A stretch of DNA of 64,000 nucleotides from Spirulina sp. (GTDB taxonomy: Bacteria; Cyanobacteriota; Cyanobacteriia; Phormidesmidales; Phormidesmidaceae): assembly GCA_044070495.1 (NCBI GenBank), contig JBIPSI010000016.1, forward strand, positions 74,450-138,449. Reading direction: 5' to 3'. The position numbers and the translations under genes are program-made. This document shows, piece after piece, positions 1 to 9,248 of this stretch (the first letter of the stretch is position 1; every line of letters begins with the position of its first letter). The notes under the pieces were generated by a model that saw nothing but the letters and a program-made list of their open reading frames with translations, searched no databases and was not told where the DNA came from.

Positions 1-22
1 CCGCCGTTCCGACACCTAGGCC

Positions 23-1708
23 ATGCCCTCGCCTGTCTATACCGCCATCACCTTTGCCCCCGTGCAGGGCTTCATCGAAAAATCGCGCAAACTGCGAGAT
101 CTCTACGGGAGTTCGCTAATTTTGTCCTACCTGGCGGATCAACTTTGCGATGCCGCGAGGGCCACCCTAGCCAGCCCTAATGCCCAATGGCCAGAGGATC
201 CCGTCATTTCCCCAGCCCACATTAACGTGACCCAAGGCACCCCCAACCAAATCCTGATTCGGGGAGAGTTTTCTGAGCCTGTCGCTGCCCAAGCCTTCAA
301 AACCGCTTGGCGCGACCTGTGCAACACCTGTCGAGCGTGGATCGAAACCCAGGTTAGCACCCAACCCAACGGCCAACCCTGGGCCTACCACTGGGCGCGG
401 CCTTGGCAAGAATGGGTCAACCATGCCTGGGAATTTTTCCATGCCACTGGCCCCAGCCCAGAACAGGCCAAACAAACCTTGATGGCCAAAAAACAAGCCC
501 GTGCCTGGACGGGGGTGAACTGGGTGGGCGAAAGTTCTACCCTGTCGGGGCTAGATTCGCGGGCGTGGCCCTTACTGGGGCGGCACTCTCCCCACCAACG
601 CCCCAAGGCCGAAGAAGAGACCGAAGTCACCACCTTTTACCAACAGCTCAGCGAGGCCATCGGCGCAACCGGAGAAGCCATCATCACCCCCAGGGAACAG
701 CTCAGCATTCCCGAACTGGTGAAACGGCTGGTGACGGTGGAGGCCGTGGTGGGCCACAACCCAGAACTGGGTACCCTAATGAGCTTTAAAGACCTCAACC
801 GCTGGCACGATCCAGAGGTAGACGACCTGCCCGACGAAGCCCAGCGCCGTCCCGAAGACTCCCAGCCGGGACGCTGGACAGGCTGGTTTCAGGGCGATGG
901 GGATCGTGTCAGCGACCATTTACGGGGACAATCCCCCGATGCCCTCCACGACTTTAGCCATCAACTGCGGCGGTGGGGTCGCCAGTTGCCCCGTCATCTG
1001 CCCAAAGCCACCACCCAGCGCCGCACCCTAGATCGCGATGGGCGGATCATCTATGCAGGCGGCGACGACTTCCTGGGCGTCCTCTATCGCAATGAACCCG
1101 ACCCACCCTTGGCCCCCGCCGAGGCCGTGGCTTGGCTGTCGCAGTTTCGTTCCCACATTTGGAGTCTGCACCAGCAGCCGATTACCGTCAGCGTGGGCTT
1201 TGTGTGGGCGGCCCCCAACGTGCCCCAGCGAGACGTGTTGCAGCACTGCCGCGAAGCCCAGGACTCGGCCAAGCAGCACGGACGAGATCGCATTGCCTTT
1301 CGCCTTCTGTTTAACGGTGGCAACTGGCTAGAGTGGGTCTGTCCTTGGTGGTTGCTAGAGGCGGGGTTGCTGGAGTCTTACCGAGATCGCAACGGGGTGC
1401 AGGGAACCACCAACGCCCCCAACTGGACACATCTCTATAACGACATCGCCACCCTAGAGGCCCGCCACGGCTTTGATGCCCAGGGTGATGTGGCCCTAGC
1501 CCTGGTGACGATCTACTTTGGAGAAGACCTCTGTACCCTCATCCGTCAGCACCGTTGGGATACCCCAGACCGCACCGGAATTTTGGGCCACTCCGCCCCA
1601 GAGGCCATCGCGATCACCGCCTGGGTGATCGCCCTCGCCAAGGTCGGCTTCCATCTGCATCGCCTTGGGGTTAACCGGGACTACATCGCTACCCCCATAG
1701 CCGCCTAG
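23..1708 (+). CDS. cas10: Type III-B CRISPR Cas10/Cmr2, no N-terminal HD domain
   Basis: Starts with ITFAPVQGFIEKSRKLRDLYGSS (Cmr2 N-terminus); palm motifs GDGD and IIYAGGDDFLG; first gene of a cmr operon. Confidence 0.95.
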   Translation: MPSPVYTAITFAPVQGFIEKSRKLRDLYGSSLILSYLADQLCDAARATLASPNAQWPEDPVISPAHINVTQGTPNQILIRGEFSEPVAAQAFKTAWRDLCNTCRAWIETQVSTQPNGQPWAYHWARPWQEWVNHAWEFFHATGPSPEQAKQTLMAKKQARAWTGVNWVGESSTLSGLDSRAWPLLGRHSPHQRPKAEEETEVTTFYQQLSEAIGATGEAIITPREQLSIPELVKRLVTVEAVVGHNPELGTLMSFKDLNRWHDPEVDDLPDEAQRRPEDSQPGRWTGWFQGDGDRVSDHLRGQSPDALHDFSHQLRRWGRQLPRHLPKATTQRRTLDRDGRIIYAGGDDFLGVLYRNEPDPPLAPAEAVAWLSQFRSHIWSLHQQPITVSVGFVWAAPNVPQRDVLQHCREAQDSAKQHGRDRIAFRLLFNGGNWLEWVCPWWLLEAGLLESYRDRNGVQGTTNAPNWTHLYNDIATLEARHGFDAQGDVALALVTIYFGEDLCTLIRQHRWDTPDRTGILGHSAPEAIAITAWVIALAKVGFHLHRLGVNRDYIATPIAA

Positions 1709-1718
1709 GAATCACTGA

Positions 1719-2783
<1,065 letters not shown>

Positions 2784-2868
2784 TCCCAATCCCCCGCACA
2801 GGCACACCGCTGGTCACCAAAATCCCAGCCCTCCCCCCCAGCCCCTTCACACTTTCACACTTTCACCC

Positions 2869-3678
2869 ATGTACCACAAAGCCTACGGCATCATCGAAAC
2901 CCTAGCCCCGCTCCATATAGGGGCCAGCGCCGGAGAAGAAACCGGAAACCTCAACCTGATTTTTCGCGACCAGTTCACCCAAACGGGCATTATTCCCGGT
3001 AGCTCGATTCGGGGGCGGTTCCGGGCCGATATGCGGCAGATCGACGGAGCTTCTGCCCAGCAGTGGTATGGCCATGAGGCCGTGGCGGGGGCAGAGGATG
3101 GCGGCACCACCGAAGCCCTGGTGAAGTTTGAGTATGCATCGTTGGTGTGGCTGCCAGTGTTCTGTCCAGGCCAGCCGATTTTATGGGTAACGTGCCCTTG
3201 GCTGCTGAAGCGCTACCAACGCATTGCGGAGATTGCCGATCCGATTCCCGACCCCTACACAGCCTCCCCCGGTCTTCAGGGCCGCCAGGTGGGCACCGGA
3301 GGCAAAGTGTTGTTTTTCAACCTGGGCTTTCTGACGCTGGAACATGAGGTGGATTTGTCCCCCTGGATTCCGGCGGGGGTAGATCTGCGGGCCGATAGCT
3401 TAGTGGTGGTAGACAACCGCGACATCAGCATGATCCACGACATGGCCCTCTATCGCCAAAGCCGGGTGCGCCTAGAGGATGACCAAAAGAAAGTGGCATC
3501 GGGCGCTTTCTTTAATGTGGAAGCCCTACCGGAGGGCTGCATTTTGGTGTTTCCGGTTGCCCTCAAAGCGCCAGACTGGCAACCCTTTGGTTCGGCCCAG
3601 ACCCAGGAACTTTACTTTGGCGGGCTAGAATCCATCGGCTTTGGCCGTTGTTACGTCACCCTAGCGGGAGGGAATTAG
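2869..3678 (+). CDS. cmr4: Type III-B Cmr4 (Cas7-group RAMP)
   Basis: PLHIGA, IIPGSSIRGRFR, FFNVEALPEG, G-rich loop FGGLESIGFGR. Confidence 0.93.
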   Translation: MYHKAYGIIETLAPLHIGASAGEETGNLNLIFRDQFTQTGIIPGSSIRGRFRADMRQIDGASAQQWYGHEAVAGAEDGGTTEALVKFEYASLVWLPVFCPGQPILWVTCPWLLKRYQRIAEIADPIPDPYTASPGLQGRQVGTGGKVLFFNLGFLTLEHEVDLSPWIPAGVDLRADSLVVVDNRDISMIHDMALYRQSRVRLEDDQKKVASGAFFNVEALPEGCILVFPVALKAPDWQPFGSAQTQELYFGGLESIGFGRCYVTLAGGN

Positions 3679-3680
3679 TC

Positions 3681-4076
3681 ATGGCTTGGGAATCCTACGG
3701 ACTCGATCAACTGGCTCAACAACTGGTGTTAGATGCCAAGGCCAGGGAACCGCAATCCCTGAATCAGGCCTACAAAATGCGGATGGCCACCGCCTACGGC
3801 CTAGAGCGTTTTTGGGGCGAACATCTGCGGCTGCAACGGCGAGAACTGAATGCCTCTCTGTTTTGGCAAGAAACCTGGGCCGCCTTGGTAACGGTGATGG
3901 CCCGCGCTGGGGTCAACCTGCCGAATCAGCGGGTGAACTCCGACGATGTGGCCTCCATTCGCGCTATTTCCGAAGCCCTGTGGCAGTTGCCCCTCAGCGA
4001 CCAGCGGGTGGCCCTAGCGGTGTTGACCCAGCTTTGCGACAGCCTCGTTTGGTGGACGCAGCGCTACAAGGGGTAA
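3681..4076 (+). CDS. cmr5: Cmr5/Cas11 small subunit
   Basis: Small helical protein starting 2 nt after the cmr4 stop (ATG 3681); position in operon; YGLERFWG and LVWWTQR motifs. Confidence 0.75.
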   Translation: MAWESYGLDQLAQQLVLDAKAREPQSLNQAYKMRMATAYGLERFWGEHLRLQRRELNASLFWQETWAALVTVMARAGVNLPNQRVNSDDVASIRAISEALWQLPLSDQRVALAVLTQLCDSLVWWTQRYKG

Positions 4077-4200
4077 GTCGGGTTCACACACCCGTAACGC
4101 ACTTGATTTATAAGGCTTTGATGCCTGACGCTAGCCCATCCTCCAGACTTCCAACCCTCCCATTGCGCTGATCTGGCTTAGGTTTCAGCTTTTTTACCCA

Positions 4201-5937
4201 ATGCCCTCGACCATGCCAACTTCACCTAACATCCCAAACATAACCACTCGCGTACCCATGATGTTTCGGGCACAGGTGCCAGGTCGCTGCCAACTTCAGC
4301 GCATTGATCCACAGCGTAGTAAGGACGGCATCGATCAAGATGTAGAGCGTTGGGTGGATGAGTGGATTGATAAAACGAGCGACGATCCGCCCCAATCTAG
4401 CCGCACCGAAAACAGCCGCGTGTACGACATCACCTGGCGGTTTGTCACCAATGGCGGCCAAGACGATGGCATCATTCGTCCGGTGATTGGGGCCTATGGC
4501 TGGCCTGTATATCCGGGCAGCAGTATGAAAGGAGCCTTTCGCCAAGCCTGTACCATTACCCAAGCCGACCGTTACTGTGGACGGGCCGTTGGCCAAGATT
4601 TCCAGCCTGGTATTTTGCGATTCCACGGGGGCTATCCCACCAGTACCGACTGGACGGATGGCCTGGTGGATATCATCCACCCTCAACAGGATCGCCAGGT
4701 TAAGCAGGAACAAACGACCAGCGCCTTTGCCCAAATTTCCCTCTATCAGCCCCAGTTGCGGTTTGCCATCTCCAGCACCGAACCCCTAGAGGCCACGGAA
4801 TGGGAGATCATTTGGCAAATTTGGGAGCGGGCGTCGCACAACGGCCTGGGCTGCCGCGTTAGTGCGGGCTATGGCCAGGTTCTCTTGCCTGCGGATCGCC
4901 CAAAAAATGGGGATTCTGGTGAAGTCCTATTCCAAGCCCATCTAAAGGGGCAGGGGCAAGCGCCTAAGTTGATTGATCAGGCTGGGGAGTTTCGGCCCAA
5001 TGTATTCCGGGCGGCGGTGCGGGGCCATGCCTTGCGATTATTTGGTGGCCTAACTTCGGCAGAGCAGGCGGAGGCGTTGGTCAACGGTCTCTTTGGCAGT
5101 GTGCGAGGCAGTGGCGATGTGGGACTGCTGGCCCTCCAGTTTCAAACTCGCCATTTAACCTTGGACAGCTACGGCACCGGGAAATGGGAGCAGCCCACCT
5201 ATGCCGTAGATGGTGATCTATCTTGGCGACTTACCCGATCCTTACCAGATGCCGACCAGCGGACAGCGTTAGCAAATTTGGTGCGGGCGCTGATGCATTT
5301 TTCCATGGTGTTTGGCGGCTTTGGCAAATCCTGGCGACGGGCCGATCATCGCCTCTTTTACCCCGACTATGCCGAGCAACCCAACAAGCCCCTGATTGGT
5401 TGCCACTGGCAATGGGGGGCCGAGTCCCTTCAGCAGAACTATCAAGTTCGCAAGTCAGAGCAAATTCCCTCCTTCCTAAATGCCGTACGGGGCGTGGCGC
5501 GGCAATGGATTCGGCTCCAGGGGGCCGAGTCTAACCAGCGGGCCACCCACTGGCGCGAAGCTTGGCACCCGCAGACGGTTCAAGTGTGGGGGCGCGTAGC
5601 CACCCACCAAGACGACAGCCTCGCCATCGAATGGTTGCACCGTCCCTATCAAGAGGCGATTCGGGCGGCTGGCATCCCCGAAGGATCGATCTACAAAACC
5701 TCGGTCACGGGAGAACTGGGGCGCATTGGTCGTCTATGGCATCGGATGTATCCTGTGGTGCGGCTGGCAAAACGGAAGGATGACCCCCAGGGCAAACCCA
5801 GGGCCATTCTGCCGCCAAATCCCCAGTATTTAGAACTTCTGACCCTTTTTCCGGATGATTCCACGGAATACCAGCAATTTCTGCAATTTCTTCAGCAGCA
5901 GCAAACGGCGTTTACCCCGCTTTGGCCAGCACCCTAG
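4201..5937 (+). CDS. cmr6: Two-RAMP protein, Cmr6-Cmr1 fusion
   Basis: Two RAMP units: YPGSSMKGAFR...GLGCRVSAGYG, then FRAAVRGHALRLFGG...FGGFGKSWRR. Confidence 0.8.
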   Translation: MPSTMPTSPNIPNITTRVPMMFRAQVPGRCQLQRIDPQRSKDGIDQDVERWVDEWIDKTSDDPPQSSRTENSRVYDITWRFVTNGGQDDGIIRPVIGAYGWPVYPGSSMKGAFRQACTITQADRYCGRAVGQDFQPGILRFHGGYPTSTDWTDGLVDIIHPQQDRQVKQEQTTSAFAQISLYQPQLRFAISSTEPLEATEWEIIWQIWERASHNGLGCRVSAGYGQVLLPADRPKNGDSGEVLFQAHLKGQGQAPKLIDQAGEFRPNVFRAAVRGHALRLFGGLTSAEQAEALVNGLFGSVRGSGDVGLLALQFQTRHLTLDSYGTGKWEQPTYAVDGDLSWRLTRSLPDADQRTALANLVRALMHFSMVFGGFGKSWRRADHRLFYPDYAEQPNKPLIGCHWQWGAESLQQNYQVRKSEQIPSFLNAVRGVARQWIRLQGAESNQRATHWREAWHPQTVQVWGRVATHQDDSLAIEWLHRPYQEAIRAAGIPEGSIYKTSVTGELGRIGRLWHRMYPVVRLAKRKDDPQGKPRAILPPNPQYLELLTLFPDDSTEYQQFLQFLQQQQTAFTPLWPAP

Positions 5938-5949
5938 CCCCCTACTAAA

Positions 5950-5981
5950 GGCCCCCAGTTCCTTGAAGAAACCGGGGGTCT
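5950..5981. terminator. Hairpin between convergent cmr6 and DUF2973 genes
   Basis: GGCCCCCAGTT...AACCGGGGGTC imperfect inverted repeat. Confidence 0.4.
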
Positions 5982-6017
5982 TGAAGACAGATAGATCCTT
6001 GTAGATCCTTGAGCCGC

Positions 6018-6314
6018 CTAAGCCTCTGAACTGGACTTTGGATCGTCGTTGTCGTCGTTGTAGAGGGCATCGAGTTGTTCGCGGGCATCCTTCACGGAGA
6101 TAGACCGCATCACCAGCAGCGGTTCCCGAATTACCTGTCCATCTTGATCCAGCAATTCTGGGTGAGGCACCGGACGGCGACTGTCGTTACCGTAGGCGCT
6201 GGGGGATTGCGAGGTACGGGCATTGTTGCCGAGCAAAATGATATTTCTCACCAGATTGGCAATGGCCAGAATGGCGAGAGCCGCAAACGCAATGATGTAA
6301 ATTACCTGCCACAT
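6018..6314 (-). CDS. DUF2973 family small membrane protein
   Basis: N-terminal TM helix; HPELLD..G.VI.EPLLVMRS and DAREQLDALY motifs. Confidence 0.8.
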   Translation of the reverse strand: MWQVIYIIAFAALAILAIANLVRNIILLGNNARTSQSPSAYGNDSRRPVPHPELLDQDGQVIREPLLVMRSISVKDAREQLDALYNDDNDDPKSSSEA

Positions 6315-6414
6315 GACTTGTATCCTCTGGCCAATCGTTGCCTGTATTGACTGTAACCTGTTTACCCTGATTATGGCCCATCCCTAGAAGCTAAATTCGC
6401 CCCCAGATCCGAGG

Positions 6415-6759
6415 CTAAGGGGATAGGGATCGATGGCGACGGGCGACCATCCAACATTCCGCCACTAGGGCGTGCCAAGCCATCACCTGGGCCGGATCCA
6501 CACCCACCTGGCCATCGGTAACCGCCAAGAGAGAGGCCGCCGTTTGGGTCTCGGCCATGGCTTCCCTGAGGCGGTTGAGTAAGTTGGCCTGATCCTCAAC
6601 GCTAGTGCCTTGCAGTGGCCCCTCCTCAAGCAACGCGAGGGAACGCTGAAACCAGTATTGAAAATCGTCTAGCAAGGGCGAAAGCACCCGGGCCAGCAGG
6701 GTTGTTTGGTTGGGGTTAACCCCATCGGCAGGGGCACCATCGAAGGGGGAAGGCGGCAT
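6415..6759 (-). CDS. DUF2605 family protein
   Basis: LLARVLSPLLDDFQYWFQRS and WHALVAECW; usual neighbour of DUF2973. Confidence 0.8.
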   Translation of the reverse strand: MPPSPFDGAPADGVNPNQTTLLARVLSPLLDDFQYWFQRSLALLEEGPLQGTSVEDQANLLNRLREAMAETQTAASLLAVTDGQVGVDPAQVMAWHALVAECWMVARRHRSLSP

Positions 6760-6866
6760 GACGGTTGTTTGGGATGACTAGGGCTAGGGTGAATGCTCGC
6801 AGTCTAGGCATCTATGCCTTGATCCTAACGCAACCTTAAGGATTGGTTGAGCCAGGACGAAGGGAT

Positions 6867-7118
6867 TCAGGGAGCAATTGCCGTTTCCTCCCGTGGCCCT
6901 AGGGGTTGCCATCCGGCTTGCCAAAGATCGCGGTTTTTCAGTTGTTTGGCATTCACCCACAGCCGCACCGAAGGATCGCAGGAGGCCACCAGTTCCGCAA
7001 ACACCCAGTCGCCCTCCTGTTTGCGGTTGGCCACCTGGAAATGTCGCCAGCCTTCGGTGGCGTGGCGGGCCGTCCATTTAGAACCCAGCAGGTGGGGAAA
7101 TTTTTGTTTACGAGCCAT
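6867..7118 (-). CDS. TIGR02450 family Trp-rich protein
   Basis: LLGSKWTA...GWRHFQV...LKNRDLWQAGW. Confidence 0.85.
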   Translation of the reverse strand: MARKQKFPHLLGSKWTARHATEGWRHFQVANRKQEGDWVFAELVASCDPSVRLWVNAKQLKNRDLWQAGWQPLGPREETAIAP

Positions 7119-7159
7119 CGGAAACCATGAAAATCAAGGGTTTTGCTGTAAGGTACAAG

Positions 7160-7287
7160 CGCGAAGCAATTCACCAAAACCCATCCATACCATCATAAAC
7201 CCGCTATGGGCGTAGGGTGGCCAAGGGGGTGGTGCATTGCGGCCAAGGGGTGGTGCCGCAGGGGCGAAGGATGACGGTGCCGCGAAT
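7160..7287 (+). repeat. Hairpin element, copy A
   Basis: CGCGAAGCAATTCACCAAA ... GGTGCATTGCGGCCAA ... GGTGCCGCGAAT; same three blocks as 7929-8038. Confidence 0.7.
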
Positions 7288-7345
7288 ACCCCATCGCTAC
7301 CTAGCCAAAGGATATGATGAAGGGGCCGCAACCCAAGATCGGACT

Positions 7346-7615
7346 ATGCCTGTCGTCTCGATGTTCTATGGGGTAATCGTACTGATGTATTTCTTTGATA
7401 ATAGGAAGCATCATCAGCCCCATATTCATGTGAAATACCAGGGCGAAGAAGCCGTGATCTCAATTCCAGATGGATTGGTCTTGGAGGGTAAGCTACGTAG
7501 CTCAAAGCTGAAGCTAGTGTTGGCTTGGGTTGAGATTCATCAAGACGAGTTGATGGCAAACTGGGAATTAGCGATTGCGGGTGAGCAGATTTTCAAAATT
7601 GAGCCGTTACGATAG
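7346..7615 (+). CDS. DUF4160 family protein (putative TA component)
   Basis: MPVVSMFYGVIVLMYFFDN..H..PHIHVKY...W.EIHQDELMANW; ATG at 7346. Confidence 0.9.
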   Translation: MPVVSMFYGVIVLMYFFDNRKHHQPHIHVKYQGEEAVISIPDGLVLEGKLRSSKLKLVLAWVEIHQDELMANWELAIAGEQIFKIEPLR

Positions 7616-7625
7616 GAGTAGAAAC

Positions 7626-7886
7626 ATGATGTCTCCTAAAGTGGTTAAGCTAGAAGCCCTAGAAAATAGCTGTCTACGATTGTTTTTTGACAACGGTGAA
7701 ACTCGTATTTTTGATGTCTCACCCTATCTAGAAAAGGGCTTCTTTAAGGAGTTGCAAAATAGTCACTACTTCAAGCAGGCTAAACCTTTCTTTGGCGGTG
7801 TGCAGTGGCCTCACGAACAAGATTTTGGCCCAGATACCCTATTCCTAGAAAGCACCCTAGAAAGCGTTTGGGATGTAGCAGGATAA
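7626..7886 (+). CDS. DUF2442 family protein (partner of DUF4160)
   Basis: LRLFFDNGETRIFDVSPYLEKGFFKEL...VQWPHEQDFGPDTLF. Confidence 0.88.
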   Translation: MMSPKVVKLEALENSCLRLFFDNGETRIFDVSPYLEKGFFKELQNSHYFKQAKPFFGGVQWPHEQDFGPDTLFLESTLESVWDVAG

Positions 7887-7928
7887 TGAACCGATTGGTA
7901 CATAACGCCAAGGCGAGGCTAGCGCCAA

Positions 7929-8038
7929 CGCGAAGCAATGCACCAAAGCCATATACAGGGAAATTCGTGATGAGTAAGCGGTGCATTGTGGCCAAAATGA
8001 TTGATCGCGCCATTGCCGAAAATGTTGGTGCCGCGAAT
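7929..8038 (+). repeat. Hairpin element, copy B, just upstream of the Y1/HUH gene
   Basis: CAATGCACC(7936-7944)/GGTGCATTG(7980-7988) perfect stem; shares blocks with copy A. Confidence 0.7.
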
Positions 8039-8264
8039 GTACCCTACGGCTATGGCGAGACCTAAACGCAGTTTTCAGACGGGCTATTGCTACCACGTTA
8101 CGGTTCGCTGCAATAACCGCGAGTTTCGATTAATTCGGGATGAGTGCCGGGAGATTTTGCTGTACGCCTTGGAGCGCTGCAAGGCAACATACGGCTTCAA
8201 GCTCTATGCCCTGTGCATTATGAGCAACCATGTGCATTACCTGATTGAGCCTGGTGGGGTAGAA

Positions 8265-8320
8265 TTCAAAGTTCAAAGTTCAAAGTTCAAAATTCAAAGT
8301 TCAAAGTTCAAAGTTCAAAA
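8265..8320 (+). repeat. Heptamer tandem repeat (TTCAAAG/A) x8
   Basis: Eight contiguous 7-mers ending at the A of the ATG at 8320. Confidence 0.95.
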
Positions 8321-8694
8321 TGGAAAAGTCTGTTCAGCCCATTACGGAGAGAACGTTTGCGTTTGCGGTGCGGATTGTGAAGCTCTGTCAGACGGTGGGA
8401 GCTACGATGGGGGTGAGCCAGCCTTTGGTGAGGCAGTTGATCCGGTCGGGAACATCGGTGGGGGCTAATGTGGAGGAAGCGCAGGCGGCGCAAAGTCGGG
8501 CAGATTTTATCCACAAAATGGAAATTGCGCTGAAGGAGCTACGGGAGACTCGCTACTGGTTGCGCTTGCTAGTGGCGACCGACTTGGTGCCAGAGGAGCA
8601 AATGAGGGGATTGATGGGTGAGGCGGAGGAGTTGGTGAAGATTATGTCGAAGATTGTGGTGAATACGAAGGCGAGGAATAAAGTTCAAAATTGA
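8320..8694 (+). CDS. Four-helix bundle protein (23S rRNA IVP / TIGR02436, Avd-like fold)
   Basis: RTFAFAVRIVKL...QLIRSGTSVGANVEEAQAAQSRADFIHKMEIALKELRETRYWLRLL. Confidence 0.93.
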   Translation: MEKSVQPITERTFAFAVRIVKLCQTVGATMGVSQPLVRQLIRSGTSVGANVEEAQAAQSRADFIHKMEIALKELRETRYWLRLLVATDLVPEEQMRGLMGEAEELVKIMSKIVVNTKARNKVQN

Positions 8695-8762
8695 AAATTC
8701 AATGTTCAAAAAGGTCAACTTAGACTTCTTTATTTTTTGAATTCATAATTTTGAATTTTGAA
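8684..8762. repeat. Degenerate heptamer repeats: four direct (8684-8711), then four inverted (8735-8762)
   Basis: TTCAAAA TTGAAAA TTCAATG TTCAAAA ... TTTTGAA TTCATAA TTTTGAA TTTTGAA. Confidence 0.9.
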
Positions 8763-9248
8763 TTGATATGCAACAGGGCTTTTTTTACGACTACAGCAAC
8801 TACGGCACCTACGACCGTTTGACCACGGATGGCCTGACGCAATGGCACCCGTCTTTTTTGGCGTTGGGGGCCACGCTGGAACTCTGTGCTGAGGCGTATC
8901 GGAAATTTTGCAAAAAATATAAGCCCAAACCCAAGCCAGAGCGGCGCAATACCTGGGGCAGCAAAAAACTGGCGGCGATTCGGCAGAAGATGAAGGCCAA
9001 AAAAAAGACCCCTGGCCAACAAAGCCTGTGGGATGAATGGCAAGCGCCGATGGATGCGGTGCAAAAGGTTGCTAAGAAATTTGTATTAGCGAATTGTTTG
9101 AACCCAGATGTGGTAAGTGCCCGATTTGAGGCCAATACGACCTGACGCCCGGTGCCAGGTAAGCGATCCCCGAAACACCTAGTTTTCCGTGCAGAGGGGG
9201 TCGGTAATCATTCTTTTGGATCGGGCTGAAGCGCTTATCTGCTACAGT

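Larger units (their letters stand above)
8052..9145 (+). pseudogene. HUH/Y1 (IS200-like, RAYT-type) nuclease/transposase split by a four-helix-bundle cassette
   Basis: N-part 8052-~8255 MARPKR...YHVTVRCNNREF...CIMSNHVHYLIEP (HUH motif); C-part 8768-9145 MQQGFFYDYSNYG...; middle occupied by the insert. Confidence 0.8.
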
